This document shows positions 17,706 to 28,815 of a stretch of 64,000 bases of DNA, one piece after another (the first letter of the stretch is position 1; every line of letters starts with the position of its first letter). Origin of the DNA: an uncultured Phycisphaerales bacterium (lineage in GTDB: Bacteria; Planctomycetota; Phycisphaerae; Tepidisphaerales; Tepidisphaeraceae); assembly GCA_963755915.1 (NCBI GenBank), contig CAVWLP010000003.1, positions 211,784 to 275,783 on the forward strand, written 5' to 3'. Made by a program: the position numbers and the translations under genes. Under the pieces are notes generated by a model that had not been told where the DNA came from, did not search any database, and was given only the letters and a program-made list of their open reading frames with translations.

Positions 17706-19817
17706 ATGGCAGATTCCCCTCTGGCATCTGATCGTTCCTCGACGGCCGTCACGCCAGAGCTGCGCCACTCAGCCCTGCTTGCCGAGGGTGTAAAACATCA
17801 AAAAGAAGGACGCCTGAGGGAGGCCTCCACCTGTTTTCGACTTGTGCTGCGTGAGAATCCCCTTCATCCAGAAGCTCTGCATTCTTTGGGACTTGTGGCC
17901 AAAAACCAGGGGAACCCGGGGCGGGCCAAAAAACTCATCCGCGCCGCGATCGAAACCGGGCAGGGAAACACCGCGGTTTACTGCAACAACCTGGCCAATC
18001 TCCTGCGGCAGGACAGCTCCGATGAGGCACGCCAGCTCTATCTCAAGGCACTACAAATCCATCCGGCATACTGCGACGCCTGGTTAAACCTGGCAAGCTG
18101 CGAAGACCTGCGAGGAAATGCAGTTAATGCCGTTGAGGCGCTTCAGGCGGGAATCGAAAAATGCCCCGGCGAACTGCCCCTGCTTCAGGCCCTGGCGGCG
18201 CCTCCTTCGACTGGAACGGTTCTCGGAAGCGCTGCCCGTTCTCAAGCAGCTCATCGAAAGAAAACCGGACGATCCTGAGTTGTGGGTCAAGCTGGGACTC
18301 GTCTGGGTGGAGCTGCGCGACCCCGGCAGAGCAACCAAGGCGCTGCTGCATTCGCTGAAGCTGGACGCGGAAAACTCGGCGGCAAAGCTGCTGCTTTCCA
18401 AGGTGCTCGTCGGTTGCGCGGCCGCCCATGAAGCCGAGTCGCTCCTTATCGAAGCCGCCAAAACTGATGACCGCGCCTTTTCCGTTCTCGGTAATGTTTA
18501 CAAGGATCTGGGGTATATGGACCTGGCTCTGGATTGCTACGCCAGATCCCTGATCCATCACCCCAGTCATCCCGAGCAGAGCAATTTCCTCTATACGCTG
18601 CTGTACGACCCGGCTCATGATCATCAGGAAGTCGCTGAAGAACATCGAAACTGGGGGCGCACTTATGCCGACCCGCTGCGCCCCGCCAAAATTTCGTTCG
18701 ATCGCGATCGCGATCCCAACCGACCGCTGCGGATCGGATACGTCTCGGGCCACTATTGGGACCACGCCGTCAGCTTATTCAGCCTGCCGATGATTCAGGC
18801 ACACGATCCGGACGCTTTCCAGCTATATTTGTATTACTCCGAGCGCAACGCGATTGGGCGACGGATGCCTTCCGCGCTCATGCCGCTCGATGGCACGAAA
18901 TCGAGGAAAAGTCCGACGCTGAGGTGGCGCGACTCGTCCAGGATGATCGGATCGATATTCTAGTCGATCTAGCCGGTCACATCGGTGGCAACCGCCTGCT
19001 GGTTTTCGCACGCAAGCCTGCGCCGATTCAGGTAACTTACCTGGGATATCAGGCGACCACGGGCATGGAGGTTATGGACTATCGCTTAACGGATTCGGTG
19101 GCCGACCCACCGGGCCAGACGGACTCGCTCTATATCGAAAAGCTGATCCGGCTGAATCCGAGTTTTTTTGCTTATCGCCCAAGCGACTATGCGCCGCCCG
19201 TGGCCCCGCTCCCCGCCGAAGCATGCGGCCGCATCACGTTTGGATGCCTGAATAACCCGTCAAAGACCGGCCCCTGGTTGGCCAGGGTCTGGGCCGCGAT
19301 TCTACGATCCGTTCCTGATTCCCAACTAATGCTTCTTGGTCCGAGCCGGCAGGACGCCGATCCACGCGTCAGCAATCTTTTCCGCGATGAGGGAATCGAC
19401 CCGAAGCGAATCCTGATCGTGGGCAAGCGATCCAGGTTCGACTATCTGCACGTCTACGACCGCATCGACATCGCCCTCGACCCATTCCCCTTCAGCGGCC
19501 ACACCACGACCTGCGATGCGCTCTGGCAGGGAGTGCCTGTGGTCACGCTGGCGGGGCAGACGTATGCGGGACGCATGAGCGCCAGCACGTTGACGCAGGC
19601 AAAGTTTCCGCAGTGGATTGCCCAAACACCCCAGGAATATGTGCGGATCGCTGTTGGCCTCGCCGGAGATATTCCGTCACTGGCCAATCTCCGGCGCAAT
19701 ATGCGCGACCATCTTACATCGGCGCCGATTCTCGATGCGAAGGGATTTACGAGAAGCCTGGAAGCGGCGTATCGAAAGATGTGGCAATCCTACGTCGGCC
19801 GTGAAATCAGCGTTTGA
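17706..19817 (+). CDS. TPR-repeat protein fused to a GT41 (SPINDLY/OGT-like) glycosyltransferase domain; frame disruptions near 18197 and 18852
   Basis: Three overlapping ORFs (17664.., 18118.., 18756..) read through as one protein. The C-terminal part has IDILVDLAGHIGGNRL, PIQVTYLGYQATTG and FPFSGHTTTCDALWQGVPVVT. Confidence 0.75.
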
Positions 19818-21870
19818 CCTTCAATTTTCGCAGTTGCGCGGCGACCTGCTCGCCGAGCCCCGCCCAGTCCCCCGCCGATTCCTGGCGGAAAATCCGCATT
19901 GAGGGATACCAAGGAGAATCGTCGCGATCGACCATCCACCGCCAATCGGCCACGTGGGGAAGCATCAGCCAGACCGGCTTGCCCATCGCCCCGGCGAGGT
20001 GGGCAACCGCCGTATCGCAGGCGATGACCAGATCCAAGTTCGCCAGCAGCGCCGCCGTGTCGGCGAAATCGTTCAGCTCGGCCGTCCAATCGGCGATCTG
20101 CATTCCCGCCGGCGGCGTCGCCGCCTGGCGCGCGGCCGGACCTTTCTGAAGGCTGCACAGCCACGTATCCGCGACCGCGCTCAGCGGCGCCAGCGCCTCC
20201 AGCGAAAACGAACGGCGCTGATCGTCCGAGTGCGTCGGATTCCCCCACCAGCAGAGGCCCACCTTCTTTCTCTCATCACGCGGAATCCGCGACTTCCAGC
20301 GCTCGACCAATTCCGCGTCCGGAAAAACATACGGGATGCTTAGCGGGATCGTTTCCACCGTCGTCCCAAGCCGGTAGGGAAGGCTCATCATCGGACACTG
20401 CAAATCGAATTGCGGCAGCTCCTGCGGCTGCGAAAGGATTTCGTCCAGGCATGGCACCGTCTTGAGCAACCGCCGCAGCTCCGGATGGGTGATCAGAATC
20501 GTTTTGGCGCCGCGCGGAAATCACCGGAATGAACCGCGCAAACTGGATCGAATCGCCAAAGCCCTGCTCGCTGTCGATGAGAAATCTCTTGCCCGCGACT
20601 TCTTCCCCCTCCCAGATTCCCCGCTGGGCGTAGCGCGTCGGCTGGATGAGGTTGCGCGCTTTCCAGCGCGTCTCATATCCCGCCCATCCCTCCGTGAAAT
20701 TTCCCGTCAGAAGCTGCATCATCGCCAGGTTAAATCGCGCCAGATCGAACTGCGGATCGAGCGACAGCGCCTTCTGGAAAAGTTGCATCGCCTGCTTGTT
20801 CTGCCCAAGCTGGCGGTAAATGGCGCCCAGATTGTTGTAGACCGGCGGAATGCGGAATCCGCGCGACTCAGCCGCCTGATATTCCGCGATGGCCTCCTGA
20901 AGCCGGCCGCTTTCGAAATACGCCGTGGCGAGGTTGTAGCGCACCTCGAGCGAATCCTCGATCTGAAGCGACTTGGCAAACGCTTCGATCGCCCCCTCGC
21001 GCAATTTAAGTCCCAGCATCACGTTGCCCAGCTCGTTAAAAGCCATCGCAAACCGGCTATCCAGCGCCAGCGCCTGCCGAAGCTCCTGAGCCGATTCTTC
21101 AAAACGATTTTGCAGATGCAGCGCCCGACCGAGGTTGAAATGCAGCGGCGCGGAATCGGGTCGGGCGACGAGGGCGCGGCGGGTCATGTCGATCGCCTCG
21201 TCGGTTTGCCCGCGCTGGCACAAAAGTCCGCCCAGCGTCGTCATCACCTCCGGATAATCCGGGCGAAGCGCCAGTGCCGTGCGGAACGACGCCACCGCCT
21301 CGTCGATGCGATTGAGACGCAGCAGCGCGTTGCCCAGGTTGTGGTGCGTGGGCGCGTAGTCGGATCGAATCGCCAGCGCCCGCTGAAGAATCTCGACCGC
21401 CTCTTCCTGCCGACCGGCCTGGGAGAGCGCGCTGCCGAGGTGATCCAGGATCCGGAAATCGCTGGGGCGCGACGCAGCGCCTTCTGCAACGAATCGATCG
21501 CTTCCTGAAACCGCTTGAGCCGCAGTAGCGTCATCCCTTTGTTTTCGTGGGCATCGGCCAGGTCGGGCTGAAGGAGCAGCGCCCGTTCAAAGGCCTCAAG
21601 GGCCTGCTGCGAACGTCCGGCCGTCGCGTGGGCGGCGCCCAGGTTGGAATGAAAGTGCGCCGCCGTTGGATTCAGCGTAATCGCCCGGCGGATGTAATCG
21701 ACCGCGACATCCGTCTGCCCCACCTGGCTGGCCAGAAGCCCCGTCAGATGCAGGGCATGGGCATTGTTGGGATCGGCGGCGAGGATTTTTCGGTAGATCG
21801 TATCGGCTTCGCGCAGGCGGCCCGCCTGATGGTGCTGTACCGCGAGGTCCAGCGCCTGCTGAAGGGACAT
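19807..21870 (-). CDS. TPR-repeat protein fused to a GT9 (heptosyltransferase-like) domain; frame disruptions at 21464-21467 and near 20508
   Basis: ORFs 21244..21936, 20276..21295 and 19807..20469 join into one protein. The C-terminal part has DTAALLANLDLVIACDTAVAHLAGAMGKPVWLMLP. Confidence 0.75.
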
Positions 21871-22365
21871 GGTTGTACTGCCGGGTTTTTCCATCGAGCC
21901 ACTACGCGGGCGAATACAATACTGCTGGCCTTGCATCCTTGCACGCCGGGAACATGGGGAACTCAGCCCGGCCCCGTCCGACCGGGAATTTGCTCGGCCA
22001 ACAGGGATTCAGGGCTGCAAAATAATTCCGGCTCCATATTTCTTGCAGAAATCCAACCGTTTCGGATCGGCCCAGTCCGACGCAAATCTCCATCTAAAAT
22101 CAATCATTATAGAAAGTTAAGACACGTATACCAACATGAATGTAACGACTTGTAATCGCTATAGGGAAAATCCCTATGCCAAAATGAGGGATCGTAATCA
22201 TGACGAAAACTGCCAGCCACGGTCTGCTATGTGCGTCGTAATCGGCCTTGGCGAATCCAGCCGCCGTTTTCTTAGCGCGTCCGGGCTCCCAAGGGGGGGC
22301 CGGACTCGCGGATAACGGCGGCTCTTTTTTTTTCCCTCCTCTTATTTCCTCCACCGCCCAACCAA

Positions 22366-23770
22366 TCAATAAGCCCGTTCGAGCTTTGCCTGCGGATATC
22401 CGTCCGCCAGGATCTGCTCGAAATTCTCTCCTGCCGCGGCCTGGGCATCGGCGGTCCACTGGCACATCCCCACGCCGTGGCCAAAGCCATGGCCATCGTA
22501 AAACGTCACCTGCGAAGAACCGGGACTGGCGCTGATCTTGCAAAAACTGCTCGGCAGCGTCGGGCCTTTGCCGGAATCGGTGTTCACCACGGCACGAAGC
22601 TGCTCGGCAGGCCAACTATATTGTGTGCCGCGCATCGACGACCAGCACGCGGTTGGGGCGACCAAAGCGGTTATAGCTTTGGATCTGGATGGTAAGGACG
22701 TCGGCCATGCTTTGCTCTGCGATCGTGCGGCCAATCTGCTCCCCCGTGCGCTGTGCCCAGATGTGAATCCGCCGGGTGAGCTCCTGCTTGGAAATTGTGA
22801 TCGGGCCCCAGTTAAAATATTTACACCCGCTGGAGAGCGTGCCGTGCGACTGCTCCGCCAGCGGGGGAATATAGGGCTCGCCCGGAAAAGCATCCGACGC
22901 GGCCTGGGTGACTCCCCCGCAGCAACTGCTGAAATAGGAGCGGAAAATCGTGCCGTCGCCGGGTCCGTAGGTCAGCACGATCCCCTGCGTCGAGGCGACA
23001 GCCTGACGGCCGCTCGCCGTCTCTGCGTTCATGCCGCCGTACATCTGGCTGCGCTGATCTCCATAGACATCCCACGGCCTGCCCATGCCGCTTGTATGCG
23101 TCTCGTAAAGCGCGTAGGTCCGCGACGCGACGGCCTGGGCCTTGAGCGCCTCGACCGGCCAATCGGGATACATCTCCTTCGTCACGACGCCCGCAAGATA
23201 GTCTTCGACGGCAACATTGTTGATGACATTGATTCGCCCCCCCGCCAACGGCACCAGGCGAACCGAGCCGCGATAAGTAATTCCGTCGACCGCAATCGGC
23301 CCCCCCGCCGTCGGCTGAAGGTCCAGCGTGCCGGAGCGAAGCATGAGACGCCCAATGCGCCATCCCTGCGGCGTCAGCGAGATGGGAACCGCCATCCCTC
23401 CGGGCAAACTCAGCGCCACCGGCTGCGAATCAAGCAAAACCTGCGGACTATCGGCCTGGAAATTAATCAGCGACGCCCCCTGCACGATCAGCACGCGCAA
23501 CTGCGGTGAATTCACCGCAATCGGCGCAACTGAGTTGTCTTCGCTACATCCAAAGGGAAGCAGGAGAAGGAGTGCCAGTGCTAAAAACACACCAAGCGGA
23601 AAGCCCCTCTTGTCCCCTCCCCTGGTACTCCGGGGGAGGGTGGGGGTGGGGGCTGGAACGCCAATCAGCGAGGATTTTAGTGCAACAATTCGATTCGAAT
23701 TTCGAGTTTCGAATTTCGAGTTTCGCCGCAATGGCGCAACGATCTTCCGAAAAACTCTTCCCGGCATCAT
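22366..23770 (-). CDS. SpoIID/LytB-domain protein (lytic transglycosylase/amidase-enhancer type); frame disruption near 22622; start uncertain
   Basis: EDYLAGVV, ALKAQAVASRTYAL, YFSSCCGG and GHGFGHGVGMCQWTA motifs. The first ~55 codons of the long ORF are translated repeat DNA. A lipoprotein-like LLLLPFGC follows. Confidence 0.75.
23604..23727. repeat. family C hairpin (ccctcccctggtactccgggggaggg) plus 2.5 tandem copies of tcgaatttcgagtt
   Basis: Direct reading. The same C-rich/G-rich hairpin type occurs at 5089-5135 and 28447-28490. Confidence 0.65.
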
Positions 23771-23809
23771 GGCCTCCTTGCCAAGATTGCGGTCTCTATT
23801 TAAGGCGCT

Positions 23810-24715
23810 CTACTCTTCGAGCTTCCGCAGCGACATGCCAAACGTCGTAAGCTGCTGCTTGATCTCGTTGAGGCTCGTCTGGCCGAAATTCTTGCACCCC
23901 AGCAGCTCGTCTTCCGTGCGGGCCGCGAGGTCGCCCAGGGTGTTGATGTTCAGCCGCTGCAGCGCCTTGCGGCTGCGGACTGACAACTCCATATCGGTCA
24001 CGTTCTTACCCAGAACTTCCGGCGGAACATTGCCCGCGATCGGAGCCGTGCGCCGCACCGCCGTCTTCGATTCATCGGCCGCCTGGCCCAGGCGCAAAGC
24101 CTTCTGCGCCAGCAGCGCCTTGATTTCGTTCAGGCTTGTCTCGCCGAAATTCTTGTAGCTCAGCAATTCCTGCTCGGTCGTCTTCAGCAGATCGCCCAGC
24201 GTGCGGATGTTCATCTTCTTCAGGCAATTCCGGCTCCGGACCGAAAGCTCGAAATCCGTGACCGGCACGCTGAGCACCGCGCTGCGGCGATCGCCCCGGC
24301 CGTCGAGATCGTCGTCGTAATGAATGCTCCGCGCCGATTCCACATCCTTCATATAAAGCCGGGCGCGAATGTTGTTGGGGCTGGTGCGAAGAACCGCATC
24401 GAGGCAACGATGGGCTTCATCGTAGTGATTGTTGTCTTCGTATAGGATCGCCAGGTTCATCAACGCATTGAGATGTACCGGCGGGCTGGTGCAGATGCGC
24501 TCATAAAGCTCAATCGCCTTGGCATCCTCCGCCCGGCGATCGTAGAGCACCGCCAGGTGAAACGCCGCCAGCTCGTGGTCCGGGTTTTCGTTGAGGGAGC
24601 GTTCGAAAAACTCGATCGCCTTTTCATGCAGTGCCTGCTGCTCTGCATCGATCCCACGCCGGTAATATTCTTCTGCCGCCCGCTCGTTAATAGAAGAGAC
24701 TGTGGCTTCGCTCAT
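23810..24715 (-). CDS. TPR protein with two tandem RNA polymerase alpha-subunit C-terminal-domain (alpha-CTD) like modules
   Basis: FELSVRSRNCLKKMNIRTLGDLL...ELLSYKNFGETSLNEIK and MELSVRSRKALQRLNINTLGDLA...ELLGCKNFGQTSLNEIK. The likely start is MSEATV at 24715. Confidence 0.75.
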   Translation of the reverse strand: MSEATVSSINERAAEEYYRRGIDAEQQALHEKAIEFFERSLNENPDHELAAFHLAVLYDRRAEDAKAIELYERICTSPPVHLNALMNLAILYEDNNHYDEAHRCLDAVLRTSPNNIRARLYMKDVESARSIHYDDDLDGRGDRRSAVLSVPVTDFELSVRSRNCLKKMNIRTLGDLLKTTEQELLSYKNFGETSLNEIKALLAQKALRLGQAADESKTAVRRTAPIAGNVPPEVLGKNVTDMELSVRSRKALQRLNINTLGDLAARTEDELLGCKNFGQTSLNEIKQQLTTFGMSLRKLEE

Positions 24716-24930
24716 ATCGTCGTCATTCCAGTGGGAAAAAGAAAGTGTGCTCGTCCCGGCCGGCCGAAACGCAGCCGGGGCGGGAGGGCCTGCATCATAA
24801 GTGGCGTGCAGCGGTCGCGTCAACCGCTGGGGCATCTACCCCCTCCCCACGTCAGTCCAATCGCTTTCGCGCCCTACCCTCAAATTTTTTTCAGAAAATC
24901 CGCCGATTTCCTAAAAATAGGTACAAAACG

Positions 24931-26422
24931 TTAATCCCGTTCGGCACGCAGGCTTCATCGGAGCATTCCAAAGCTGTGGAGGACGCGAAACAATTGAAGC
25001 TTAGATACTTTTACTTTCCCCTGCTGCACGCCGGCGTCCGCAAGAGCGCAGCATCAACCGCGAGGTCTCCGCGGCGACGGATTCCCCTTCAGTTTACTCC
25101 CAGTTTTTTCAAGGCCTCCGCTCTTGCCCTCAGCTTAATCCCGGTGTTATCCGGCTTGTTCAGGAATCGAAGCACGTCCTGTTCCTCGGCCAGCCCCAGC
25201 AGATACCAGCCGATCATGTTCCGCATCGCCTTGTTCGGCTTCCTGCCGCTGATCAGCTGAATCAGCACGCAGACGATCAGCGCGCAGTGGATTTGGATGT
25301 CGATCCCCTCCTGGCGTTGGCTCAGCAGGTGACGCATGCCCAGCAGTTGCTTGAAGATCCGGAAGAACAACTCAACGGTGTAGCGGTACAGATAAATCAG
25401 GGCGATCAATTCCGCCGGCAGGTCCAGCAGGTTCGTGTACAGGATGATCAGGTCCGTCGGCTTGTTGCCGCTGCGCGTGCGGCGCGGATGGGGTTTCACC
25501 TGCACTTCCACCCGTCGCACCACCCTATCCGCCGCCGTCTCCAGGCCGTCGAGTTTCACCAGCGCGTCTCGCACCACGCCGCCGTCCAATGCTTCCTGTG
25601 AAAGCAATCGTTCTTCAAACAGCTCAAACACCGAGTTTTCCGCGGCCCGCATCACAAAGGAGCTTTGCGCCGCGGCGATGTCCGCAAAGAGGCTCCGGTC
25701 GGCGTAGCCGCCGTCTCCTACATAGCACCGTCCTGCTTCCAGGCTGCGCCGCAGGACGTTGTTTTCACGGTTGGCCCCCGCGTTGCGAGCGCCAGTGCGG
25801 TCGAGGCGATGGACTTTGAACGTCTCCAGATCGAATTGAACGTGCAAACGCCAGCCATAGACCGCTTTCCCGTCCCGGGAGGTGTTGTAGCGCGCATCGA
25901 TGCCGCAAGCGGATTTGGCCAGCCGACTCAGCGCCGTCAGCACCGTCCCGTCGACCAGCGTGATCGCCTGCCCAAAGTCCGCAAGACGCGGATCGGGCGC
26001 CTGGGGCAGTTCCCCCGCCAATTCCTCAATCAGCGGCGTCAAACGCCCCGGCTCGAACACCCGAACCGATTCAGAGAAACTGCCCACGGAAAAACGCTTA
26101 ATTCCCAGCGCCTTGGCCACCTTGGGCAGTTCAGCAACCTCCTGAAGATCCCGCAGGGATTGGATCAGCGGATTCCAGGTGTAAAGCAAAACCAGCTTGC
26201 AATAATCGTCGAAGTGAAGCTGGCGGTTCCCGGCTCGATCCCGCTCACAGCCCACATCCCGCAGCGTGGGCAGCAGCGCGAAGACGCGCCGCAGATGTCC
26301 GAGGCACAGGATCTCTTTTTCCTTCAGTCTTGCCTGCACGTCCGGCAGCATGCCATAAAAAGATCAAAGGCGCAATCTCAATATCTTGCTGCTTGCGCGA
26401 ACCCCGTGCCGAACGGGATTAA
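24931..26422. mobile_element. IS4-family insertion sequence (1492 bp) with perfect 18-bp terminal inverted repeats and a 7-bp target-site duplication
   Basis: IRL ttaatcccgttcggcacg (24931-24948) is the reverse complement of IRR (26405-26422). CAAAACG flanks both ends (24924-24930 and 26423-26429). Confidence 0.85.
25089..26351 (-). CDS. IS4-family DDE transposase
   Basis: 420 aa with LVDGT, YVGDGGYA and the YREK signature in YLYRYTVELFFRIFK. Confidence 0.85.
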   Translation of the reverse strand: MLPDVQARLKEKEILCLGHLRRVFALLPTLRDVGCERDRAGNRQLHFDDYCKLVLLYTWNPLIQSLRDLQEVAELPKVAKALGIKRFSVGSFSESVRVFEPGRLTPLIEELAGELPQAPDPRLADFGQAITLVDGTVLTALSRLAKSACGIDARYNTSRDGKAVYGWRLHVQFDLETFKVHRLDRTGARNAGANRENNVLRRSLEAGRCYVGDGGYADRSLFADIAAAQSSFVMRAAENSVFELFEERLLSQEALDGGVVRDALVKLDGLETAADRVVRRVEVQVKPHPRRTRSGNKPTDLIILYTNLLDLPAELIALIYLYRYTVELFFRIFKQLLGMRHLLSQRQEGIDIQIHCALIVCVLIQLISGRKPNKAMRNMIGWYLLGLAEEQDVLRFLNKPDNTGIKLRARAEALKKLGVN

Positions 26423-26716
26423 CAAAACGTACACCTTTTGGACCTGTATATAATAGATGCATCTTATTTTCGACCCATATACCGCTGCAATCTTCCCCGG
26501 ATCACCAATCCCAGCTCAGGGAGAAAATAACTCGCGCTCAAATCCCGGGCATTTCCGGACATTTTCGGACATCCCCGTTTAGCGGCCCCGCTCGACTTCG
26601 GTGAGCTCGGTCGAACCGCGGGGCGCGTTCCCATGGCCCAAAAACCCAATACATTACTTTAGAAATACACCCGTAAGACTGCTATCGTACCGAGCTTGTC
26701 ACCCGCACCCGCAAAA

Positions 26717-27609
26717 ATGGCCTCGATCGAAACAGTCGCGATAGTTGCCAACCCCATCGCCGGCCAAGGCAAGGGCCGGGCCACCGCCGATCGCGTCTGC
26801 GCCACCCTCCGGCGAGAAGGAATGAATGCCATCGAGATTTTCGACCTGACCGCCGATCCGATCGGCCCGCTCAGCTCGGCTGACGCGGTCGTCGCCATAG
26901 GTGGCGACGGCACGCTGCGCACCGTCGCCCGCCGCTGCCTGGCTGCCGGCGGTACGATGCCCCCCCTGCTCCCCGTCCCCATGGGAACCGCCAACCTGAT
27001 GGGCCGGCACCTGGGAATCGACTGGCAGGCCGCCGACCTCGAGGATCGGATCTTTCAGTCCCTCCGCCGCGCACAAACCGCCATGTTCGACGCCGCCCAG
27101 TGCAACGGCGAGCTTTTTCTGCTCATGGCCGGCGTCGGAATCGACGGCCAGATCGTCCACGAGCTCGACCGCATGCGCCGCGGGCCGATCAATTACGCCA
27201 GCTACGCCCTGCCCGCCGCGCTGGCGATCGCGAGTTATCGTTACCCGCCGATCCAGGTCATCGCCGACGAGGAGGAGATTTTTCCCGCGGCGCCCGCGGT
27301 GGCGCTCGTCGCCAACATCAGCGAATATGGCACCGGCTTTCCCCTGGCGCCCACGCGCGGCCCGACGATGGCATGCTCGACGTCTGCGTGATTCCGGTCG
27401 ATTCGCCCATCGACGCGGTCCAGAAATTCCTCCACGCCGCCGCCGGCGAGCACCTGCTTATCGAAGGCGTCGTCTATTCGCGCGCCAAACAAATCGAGAT
27501 CAGCTCCGCCGAGCCCGTACCGATTCAAATCGACGGCGATCCCGCCGGCTACACGCCGGTGCGGATCGAGTTGCTTCCCATGCGCGTGCCGTTTATCGTG
27601 CCGGTGTGA
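26717..27609 (+). CDS. diacylglycerol/lipid kinase family protein (YegS/LCB5-like); frame disruption at 27350-27352
   Basis: VVAIGGDGTLRTV and PVPMGTANL. After ...GFPLAP the adjacent frame gives HARPDDGMLDVCVIP...IQIDGDPAG, which is typical of the family. Confidence 0.75.
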
Positions 27610-28421
27610 GTCAATCTGCCGATATTCTCCACCGCGACCGCAGCCCACTCTTCGTCATTGCCGGGCCCTGCGTCATCGAATCCGAGGAATTGTGTCTTCT
27701 CGTCGCATCGAAAGTAAAAAAGATTTGCGAGAAGCTCGGCCTTCCATACATCTTTAAAGCCAGCTTCGACAAGGCCAACCGCTCCAGCAAAGACACGTTC
27801 CGCGGCCCGGGCCTTTCAGGTGGTCTGAAGATCCTCGAAAAAGTTAAACGGGAGATCGATGTTCCGGTCCTGACGGACGTTCACGAAACCGCCCAGGCCA
27901 CTGAAGCCGGCAAAGTCATCGACTTATTGCAGGTCCCCGCGTTTCTCGCCCGCCAGACCGATCTGCTATTGGCGTGCGGCGCCACCGGCCGCTGGATCAA
28001 CGTGAAAAAGGGTCAGTTCATGTCCCCCGCCGAGATGGCCAACGCCATCGACAAGATCAAATCCACAGGAAACAACCAGATCATCCTGACCGAGCGCGGC
28101 ACATTTTTCGGCTATAACCGCCTCGTAAACGATTTCACAGGGTTAGCGGTGATGAAAGACCTCGGCCATCCCGTCGTCTTCGACATCACCCACAGCACCC
28201 AGCAGCCCGCCGGCCAGGGAAACCAAAGCGGCGGCAACCCCAAATATTCCCCGCTGCTTGCCCGCGCCGCCGTCGCCGCCGGCGTCGACGGCCTCTTCCT
28301 CGAATGTCACCCCGACCCCAAAAACGCCAAAAGTGACGCCGCCACAATGCTCAACCTCAACGAGGTAGAGCCGATCCTCAAGCAATGCGTCGAAATCGCG
28401 CGGTTGCGCGCGCGTTGGTAA
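27606..28421 (+). CDS. kdsA: 2-dehydro-3-deoxyphosphooctonate aldolase (KDO-8-phosphate synthase)
   Basis: FVIAGPCVIES, FKASFDKANRSS, LQVPAFLARQTDLL and VFDITHS. The GTG start overlaps the upstream TGA as GTGA. Confidence 0.9.
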   Translation: MSQSADILHRDRSPLFVIAGPCVIESEELCLLVASKVKKICEKLGLPYIFKASFDKANRSSKDTFRGPGLSGGLKILEKVKREIDVPVLTDVHETAQATEAGKVIDLLQVPAFLARQTDLLLACGATGRWINVKKGQFMSPAEMANAIDKIKSTGNNQIILTERGTFFGYNRLVNDFTGLAVMKDLGHPVVFDITHSTQQPAGQGNQSGGNPKYSPLLARAAVAAGVDGLFLECHPDPKNAKSDAATMLNLNEVEPILKQCVEIARLRARW

Positions 28422-28446
28422 GCACCCAATTTTCTCAAAGCATTTT

Positions 28447-28490
28447 CCCCCTCGCCCTGTACCCAGGGAGAGGGCCGGGGTGAGGGCCTT
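28447..28490. repeat. family C REP-like hairpin
   Basis: ccccctcgccctgtacccagggagagggccggggtgaggg; the arms are self-complementary. Confidence 0.65.
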
Positions 28491-28565
28491 GGAAAAGTCG
28501 GAGATGCTATCCGCGCTCTCCACGTAGACCGCGGCGAGATGTTTTTGAAAGATCGGCCTCGGCTC

Positions 28566-28763
28566 TTATGACCGCAACGCCGCCCTTGCGGCGGTAAAAA
28601 CGCGCCCCGCCGCAATCCCGCGGTTTTGCCCCCGGCAATGCGCCTTGATTCGGCGTTCGATTTCCTGGGCCCACGCCCGCTCGATCTCAGCCGGATCATC
28701 AGATTCCAGAGTCGAAAGCAGCGCCGCCGCTAGCTGGCCGCGAACCTTGAGAGGAAGCTTCAT
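28566..28763 (-). CDS. putative addiction-module antitoxin component (TIGR02574-like), with no partner toxin
   Basis: MKLPLKVRGQLAAALLSTLESDDPAEIERAWAQEIERRI matches the family pattern. Only a REP hairpin lies downstream. Confidence 0.55.
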   Translation of the reverse strand: MKLPLKVRGQLAAALLSTLESDDPAEIERAWAQEIERRIKAHCRGQNRGIAAGRVFTAARAALRS

Positions 28764-28815
28764 GGCCGCATTTTCTTTAGATTTCCGCGTCATAATCGGC
28801 ATTCCAAATCACGAG

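Noticed and set aside
20462-21508. 348-aa plus-strand ORF, antisense to the TPR-GT9 gene.
   Set aside because: It is the mirror image of TPR repeats (Arg/Leu-rich). The sense strand gives clean TPR and GT9 motifs.
23691-23727. Short tandem repeat (tcgaatttcgagtt x2.5), considered as a possible CRISPR or other array.
   Set aside because: It has only about 2.5 copies and no spacers. It belongs to the interspersed repeat block. No CRISPR-like array exists anywhere in the window.
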